A DNA stretch of 64,000 nucleotides from Candidatus Eiseniibacteriota bacterium (GTDB lineage: Bacteria; Eisenbacteria; RBG-16-71-46; CAIMUX01). Under the pieces are notes generated by a model. That model made no database searches, was not told the DNA's origin, and saw only the letters and a program-made list of their open reading frames with translations. Positions 59,243 through 64,000 of the stretch are shown piece by piece; position 1 is the stretch's first letter, and every line of letters starts with the position of its first letter. The stretch spans positions 249,258 through 313,257 of the forward strand of contig JADJQY010000005.1 of assembly GCA_016712505.1 (NCBI GenBank). Reading direction: 5' to 3'. Both the position numbers and the translations under genes were made by a program.

Positions 59243-59992
59243 TCAGGCCATCAGCATCCCGCCGTCGACCCGGAGCACCTGGCCGGTCATGTAGCGCGTC
59301 TGCTCGGAGGCCAGGAACGAGACCAGTCCAGCCACGTCGTCCCCCTCCCCGAATCGCCCGACTGGAATCCGCGCCAACAGATCCTGCTGCACCTTTTCCG
59401 GCAGGACGTCGGTCATCTCGGTGCGGATGAAACCGGGGGCAACCGCGTTGACCGTGATCCCCCGTTCCGCCAGTTCCAGGGCGATCGAGTGGGTCAGTCC
59501 GATCAAGCCGGCCTTCGAGGCGGCGTAATTCGACTGCCCCTTGTTCCCCATTTCCCCGACCACCGAAGTGATGTTGATCACCCGGCCCCAGCGCGCCTTG
59601 AGCATCCCGCGCGAGAACGCCTTGATGCAGTGGAAGGCCCCCTTGAGGTTCACCGACAGCACCTGCTCCCAGTCCTCCTCTTCCAGTCGCAAGAAGAGGT
59701 TATCGCGGGTCAGACCGGCATTGTTGACCAGGATGGATGCCGGGCCGAGCTGTTCGGTTACTTGCGCGGCCAGCGCCTGAATGTCAGCCGGCCGGCCAAG
59801 ATCGCAGCGAAAGTGCTGGCAGCGTCGGCCGAGCGCCCGGATTTCTTGCACCACTGGACCCTCAGGGTCGCCGCTTCGGTCGGTGATCGCGACATCGGCG
59901 CCGTCCTGGGCGAGTCGCAGCGCAATCGCCCGACCGATCCCGCGACTCCCGCCGGTCACCACCGCCAGCCGCCCGCAATGCCATTCGTTCAT
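59243..59992 (-). CDS. fabG: 3-oxoacyl-ACP reductase
   Basis: LAVVTGGSRGIGRAIA...NNAG...YAASKAG (SDR family). Confidence 0.9.
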   Translation of the reverse strand: MNEWHCGRLAVVTGGSRGIGRAIALRLAQDGADVAITDRSGDPEGPVVQEIRALGRRCQHFRCDLGRPADIQALAAQVTEQLGPASILVNNAGLTRDNLFLRLEEEDWEQVLSVNLKGAFHCIKAFSRGMLKARWGRVINITSVVGEMGNKGQSNYAASKAGLIGLTHSIALELAERGITVNAVAPGFIRTEMTDVLPEKVQQDLLARIPVGRFGEGDDVAGLVSFLASEQTRYMTGQVLRVDGGMLMA

Positions 59993-60960
59993 CGTGCCGA
60001 GCCCTCCGTGGAGAGACCTGTGGTGGAGAGGTAGACCTCCAGTTGCTCCGCCGTGCCCAGGGGAGTGACCTTTGCCTCCTTGTCGACGCCGCGCACCAGC
60101 CCGGCGAGCACCTTTCCCGGGCCGATCTCGTAGAACTCGGTGATTCCGTCGGCCAGCATCGAGCGGACCGACTCCTCCCAACGCACGGTGCTGAGAAGCT
60201 GACGCTCCAGGGAATCGCGGATGGCCGGGGCGAAGTCAGCCCCGTCGGGAGCGACCGGCCGGGCGCTCTGGTTCGTCACCACCGGACAGCGTGGCGCCTG
60301 CATCGGAGTCTCGGCGAGCATCGCCCGGAGCCCGGTGGCCGCGCTCTCCATCAACGGGGAGTGAAACGCGCCGCTCACTTCGAGGCGGATGACCCGCTTC
60401 GCCCCGCCCGATTTCAGAATCTCCATCGCCGCCTCGACCGCCGCCACCTCTCCGGAGATCACCACCTGGCCGGGAGAGTTGAAGTTCGCCGCGCGAACGG
60501 TGCCGGACACACCGGACAGCAGCTCCGCGACCCGTGCCGCCTCGAGACCGAGCGCGGCGGCCATCGTGCCGGGGCGCTCCAGCCCCGCCTGGTACATCAG
60601 TTCTCCGCGTCGCCGCACCAGGCGCAGTCCGGCAGCGAAGTCGAACGCCCCGGCCGCGACATAGGCGCTGTACTCACCCAGACTGTGACCGGCCGCGCGT
60701 GCTGACGGCGCGGCGCTCCAGCCCAGTGCGCGCCAGGCCGCGATACTGTGCGTGAAGATGGCGGGCTGGGTATTGCGGGTCTGCTTCAGCTCCTCCTCCG
60801 GGCCCTCGAAGCACAGCCGCGCCAGATCGAAGCCCAGCACCGCATTCGCCTCGTCGAACACTGCGCGGGCCGCGGGAAATTTCTCGTAGAGATCCTTCCC
60901 CATCCCGACGAACTGCGAGCCCTGACCGGGAAAGAGATATCCGATGCTCACCGCATGCAC
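59989..60960 (-). CDS. fabD: malonyl-CoA:ACP transacylase
   Basis: LFPGQGSQFVGMG and GHSLGEYSA. GTG start at 60960. Confidence 0.85.
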   Translation of the reverse strand: MHAVSIGYLFPGQGSQFVGMGKDLYEKFPAARAVFDEANAVLGFDLARLCFEGPEEELKQTRNTQPAIFTHSIAAWRALGWSAAPSARAAGHSLGEYSAYVAAGAFDFAAGLRLVRRRGELMYQAGLERPGTMAAALGLEAARVAELLSGVSGTVRAANFNSPGQVVISGEVAAVEAAMEILKSGGAKRVIRLEVSGAFHSPLMESAATGLRAMLAETPMQAPRCPVVTNQSARPVAPDGADFAPAIRDSLERQLLSTVRWEESVRSMLADGITEFYEIGPGKVLAGLVRGVDKEAKVTPLGTAEQLEVYLSTTGLSTEGSAR

Positions 60961-61036
60961 TCCCTGTTCATGACACCGCGCGAAACCGGCTCGGGCCCCT
61001 TGGCGCGTGGGCCGACTCTGGAACGTGACGGACCGA

Positions 61037-62044
61037 TCACCAACGGACGAGCGAAGCACCCCAGGTGAGTCCCGCTCCGAAGGCCACCATCAGGACCAGG
61101 TCTCCCTCGTGCAGGCGTCCCTCGCGCCGCGCTTCGTCGAGGGCCAGGGGCACAGAGGCGGCAGAGGTGTTGCCGTACTTCTGGATGTTGAGATAGACCC
61201 GCTCGGGGGGAAGCTCGAGACGCTGCGCGGTGGCATCGATGATGCGGGTGTTCGCCTGGTGGGGAACGAGCAGCGAGACATCGGCCGGCGTGACCCCGGC
61301 GCGATCGAGGACGCGTCGACAGGCCTCCTCCATCCCCCGCACTCCGAGCTTGAACACCTCATTCCCCTTCATGTGGAAGTGGTGCTGTTGCTGGTCGATC
61401 GCCTCGTGGGTGATCGGGTGACGGGAGCCGCCCGCCGGCAGTTCAATCAGCTCCGCCGAGGTGCCGTCGGCACCGAGGTAGGTGGCCAGGATCTCCCCCC
61501 GCCCGTTGTGGGGCCCGATGATCGCGGCCCCCGCCGCGTCGCCGAAGAGGATGCAAACGCCCCGATCCTGCCAGTTCATGAACTTGCTCAGCATTTCGAC
61601 GCCGATCACCAGCACATGGTTGGCCAGTCCCGCACCGATCAGACCCCGCGCTACCTCCGTCCCGTAGAGGAACCCGGAGCAGGCGGCGGCGAGGTCCATG
61701 CAGTAGGCGCGCGGCGCACCGATCGCAGCCTGGACCAGGCAGGCGGTCGAGGGGAACTGATAGTCGGCAGTCACCGTGCAGACCACGATGGTGTCGAGTT
61801 GATCCGCGGTGATGCCGCTCGACTCCAGGGCCCTCCGCGCGGCGGCGGTGGCAAGATCGGAAGCCGCCGTCTTGTCGTCGGCGATGCGCCGCTCGCGGAT
61901 CCCCGTCCGGGCGACGATCCAGTCGTCCGACGTGTCGACCAAGGCTTCGAGGTCGTGGTTGGTGAGTACGCGATCGGGAACGGCCGAGCCGGTGCCGAGG
62001 ATCGAAACCGACCTAACCTGTGGCTTCTTGTCGCTGGAGCTCAC
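61037..62044 (-). CDS. fabH: beta-ketoacyl-ACP synthase III
   Basis: ILGTGSAVP, AACSGF (active-site Cys), HQAN and GNTSAAS. Confidence 0.85.
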   Translation of the reverse strand: MSSSDKKPQVRSVSILGTGSAVPDRVLTNHDLEALVDTSDDWIVARTGIRERRIADDKTAASDLATAAARRALESSGITADQLDTIVVCTVTADYQFPSTACLVQAAIGAPRAYCMDLAAACSGFLYGTEVARGLIGAGLANHVLVIGVEMLSKFMNWQDRGVCILFGDAAGAAIIGPHNGRGEILATYLGADGTSAELIELPAGGSRHPITHEAIDQQQHHFHMKGNEVFKLGVRGMEEACRRVLDRAGVTPADVSLLVPHQANTRIIDATAQRLELPPERVYLNIQKYGNTSAASVPLALDEARREGRLHEGDLVLMVAFGAGLTWGASLVRW

Positions 62045-63047
62045 GTGCGAGTTCCTCTCCGATTTTCTCCGCCACGCCCTGCCGGGCGGCGGTGCCACCG
62101 ACGCGAATGGCGTTCATGATCGCCTTCGCGGTGGAGCGTCCGTGCGAGATCACGACCACGCCGTCGACTCCGAGCAAGGGAGCCCCACCATACTCCTCGT
62201 AGTTCAACTTGTTCTTCAGGCCGCTGAACACCGGGCGAAGCAGGCCGGCGCCGATCTTGTACTTGATGTGGCTTTCGATTTCGCGGCGCACCGTCTGGAC
62301 CGCCATGTTCACCACGCTCTCGGCGAACTTCAGGATCACATTGCCGGTGAAACCGTCGCAGACCACCACGTCGGCATGCCCGGTCAGGATGTCCTTCCCT
62401 TCCACGTTGCCGATGAAGTTCATCTGTCCACGCCCCTCTTCAAGGAGCTTGTGCGCCTGCTGCGTCAGGTCGGAGCCTTTGCAACTCTCCTCCCCGATGT
62501 TGAGCAGCCCCACCTTGGGATTCTCGACCCCGTAAACCTGCTGAGCGTACACCTTCCCCATGACGGCAAACTGGAACAGGTGCATCGGCTTGCTGTCGGA
62601 GTTGGCTCCGACGTCGAGGAGTAGACAGTGGCCGGTCGGGGTGGGAACGATGGTTGCGATGGCGGGGCGCTGCACGCCGGCGAGGCGTCCGAGGCCGAGC
62701 AGACTCGAGGTGACGACCGCCCCGGTGTTGCCCGCGGAAACCAAGGCGTGGACCTGCCGCGCTTTGAGCATCCGAGTGGCGACCACGATCGAGGCATCCG
62801 GCTTCTTGCGGTAGGCCGTCGCGGCCGCCTCCGCCATCCCGATCGTCTCCGAACTGTGGACCACCTCGATCCCGAGGCGGGTCTGGTCCGCCAGCGACAG
62901 GTGACGGCGGATTGCCGGTTCATCCCCGATCAGGACGACCTGCAGCTCCGACCCGAAGGTCTCGGCGGCAAGGATGCTTCCCTCGACGATCGACTGCGGG
63001 GCGTGGTCCCCACCCATGGCATCGACGGCCACCCGTGGCTTGGCCAT
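62013..63047 (-). CDS. plsX: phosphate acyltransferase PlsX
   Basis: RVAVDAMGGDHAP...VSAGNTGA. Confidence 0.9.
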   Translation of the reverse strand: MAKPRVAVDAMGGDHAPQSIVEGSILAAETFGSELQVVLIGDEPAIRRHLSLADQTRLGIEVVHSSETIGMAEAAATAYRKKPDASIVVATRMLKARQVHALVSAGNTGAVVTSSLLGLGRLAGVQRPAIATIVPTPTGHCLLLDVGANSDSKPMHLFQFAVMGKVYAQQVYGVENPKVGLLNIGEESCKGSDLTQQAHKLLEEGRGQMNFIGNVEGKDILTGHADVVVCDGFTGNVILKFAESVVNMAVQTVRREIESHIKYKIGAGLLRPVFSGLKNKLNYEEYGGAPLLGVDGVVVISHGRSTAKAIMNAIRVGGTAARQGVAEKIGEELARELQRQEATG

Positions 63048-63230
63048 CCGGCTCACGTCTGGCACCGGACGGCACGCAGCGACCGGTCAGCGACCGGGCC
63101 GGGGGGCTCAGAAAGGATCCGCATCGTGTGGATTCGCGCCTCCGCGAAAGGGACTCCGGGCGGTCGACTCGTCCGGGGTCTCGCCATGGGTTCGCCTGCC
63201 GGAGAGACCCGGACCATCGGGGACGGGGTC

Positions 63231-63305
63231 CCTACGGACGGTGTCCCTACCGACGGTTTCCCTACCGACGGTTTCAGTGCCGACGGGGTCACTGAAACCG
63301 AGGAC
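63231..63305. repeat. tandem array G: about 5 x 15 bp (TCCCTACGGACGGTG), same family as array A, in the rpmF-plsX spacer
   Basis: tccctacggacggtg / tccctaccgacggtt x2 / tcagtgccgacgggg / tcactgaaaccgagg. Confidence 0.85.
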
Positions 63306-63319
63306 CGCTCGGGATGGAG

Positions 63320-63499
63320 GCGCAGGGCCCTATTCGTGGACCGCCACGATCTCTTCGTTGTTGTAGTAGCCGCACTGCGGGCAGACGTAGTGCGGGCGCT
63401 TCGCGCTTCTGTAGTGGTTGCAGCGGGATACGCTCGGGGCCTCGAGCTTCCACTGCCCGCGACGCTTGTCGCGACGGGTCGAGGAATGGCGGCGCTTCG
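63320..63499 (-). CDS. rpmF: 50S ribosomal protein L32
   Basis: Translates to MALPKRRHSSTRRDKRRGQWKLEAPSVSRCNHYRSAKRPHYVCPQCGYYNNEEIVAVHE. Not in the ORF track because it is under 60 aa. Confidence 0.85.
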
Positions 63500-63590
63500 G
63501 CAGGGCCATGATCGATCTCCTTCGGTCTTACGTTCCGAACACATTCATAACGGCCAGGCGGTCTACCCGCCCGGCGAACGGGTAAACCCG

Positions 63591-64000
63591 CTAGCGGGTA
63601 AAGCAGTCACAGGCGACCCGGTTCCGATCGACGCCGCAACGAGGACAGAGCCCAAGGCAATCGTCCTTGCAGCGAACGTGCCAGGGGATCTGCACCAGGA
63701 ACTCCTGACGCACTTCCTCGGTCAAATCCAGAAACCGGCCGTCATGGTAGACGATTCCCACATCGTCTTCACGCACTTCTTCAACCGGCCGATGATCCCG
63801 ACTCTCGCGCCGCTCGGCGAAGATCCGGAAGGGGGTGTCCACCCGGATCTCCACCGGCTCCAGGCACTTATCGCAGGAGGCGGTCGTCCGCCCGGTCAGG
63901 GTTCCCTGGACCTCGATCCGCGGTCCCCGGCGATAAAAGGTGCCGCGGAGAATCACCGGCCCCTCCAGGAGAAGCCGCTTCGGATCGAGGTCGAGGTCTT
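63591..64000 (-). CDS. yceD: YceD/DUF177 family protein (large-subunit rRNA accumulation protein), 5'-truncated by the window edge
   Basis: CDKCLEPV...CKDDCLGLCPRCGVDRN double-Cys motif. The ORF is open to the window end. Confidence 0.7.
   Translation of the reverse strand, partial: DLDLDPKRLLLEGPVILRGTFYRRGPRIEVQGTLTGRTTASCDKCLEPVEIRVDTPFRIFAERRESRDHRPVEEVREDDVGIVYHDGRFLDLTEEVRQEFLVQIPWHVRCKDDCLGLCPRCGVDRNRVACDCFTR

Overview
The window is GC-rich (about 68-70 % GC) bacterial chromosome from a Gram-negative organism, and almost all genes are on the minus strand. An FCB-group or Gemmatimonadota-like origin is possible but is only an inference.

From left to right the window contains:
1. Positions 146-19820: one long exopolysaccharide (EPS) / PEP-CTERM-locus-like operon. 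Its genes are Wza, Wzz, a GspA-like ATPase, a BY-kinase-like ATPase, an unknown pol-beta nucleotidyltransferase, an NPP-family phosphodiesterase, a flippase-like membrane protein, a Wzy_C ligase/polymerase, a polyprenyl glycosylphosphotransferase, a GT39 glycosyltransferase, three GT4 glycosyltransferases, ManC, a SPOR protein, a hexapeptide-repeat protein and GalT.
2. A pnp side operon: M16 peptidase, dut, DUF3108 and a deoxyhypusine-synthase-like gene.
3. The housekeeping block rimP-nusA-infB-DUF503-rbfA-truB-ribF-rpsO-pnp.
4. An M28 peptidase and a roughly 2200-aa SprA-like giant outer-membrane protein whose reading frame is split into three pieces.
5. lptF and lptG on the plus strand.
6. 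aroB-aroQ-accB-[pilT]-accC, with pilT inserted between accB and accC.
7. An ECF sigma / anti-sigma / HtrA-like protease unit, divergent from a small lipoprotein gene and a FadL/PorV-like outer-membrane protein gene.
8. The fatty-acid cluster rnc / fabF-acpP-fabG-fabD-fabH-plsX-rpmF-yceD.

Three observations stand out:
- A family of 14-17-bp tandem-repeat arrays of 5-7 copies sits in short spacers inside conserved operons. Two inverted arrays of this family lie in the pnp leader.
- ribF and pilT each carry an in-frame TAG at a conserved sense position.
- The SprA-like gene has two frameshifts at short C/G homopolymers.

No CRISPR array, tRNA, rRNA or obvious mobile element was found. Gene start coordinates were chosen by hand from the ORF track and may be off by a few codons.
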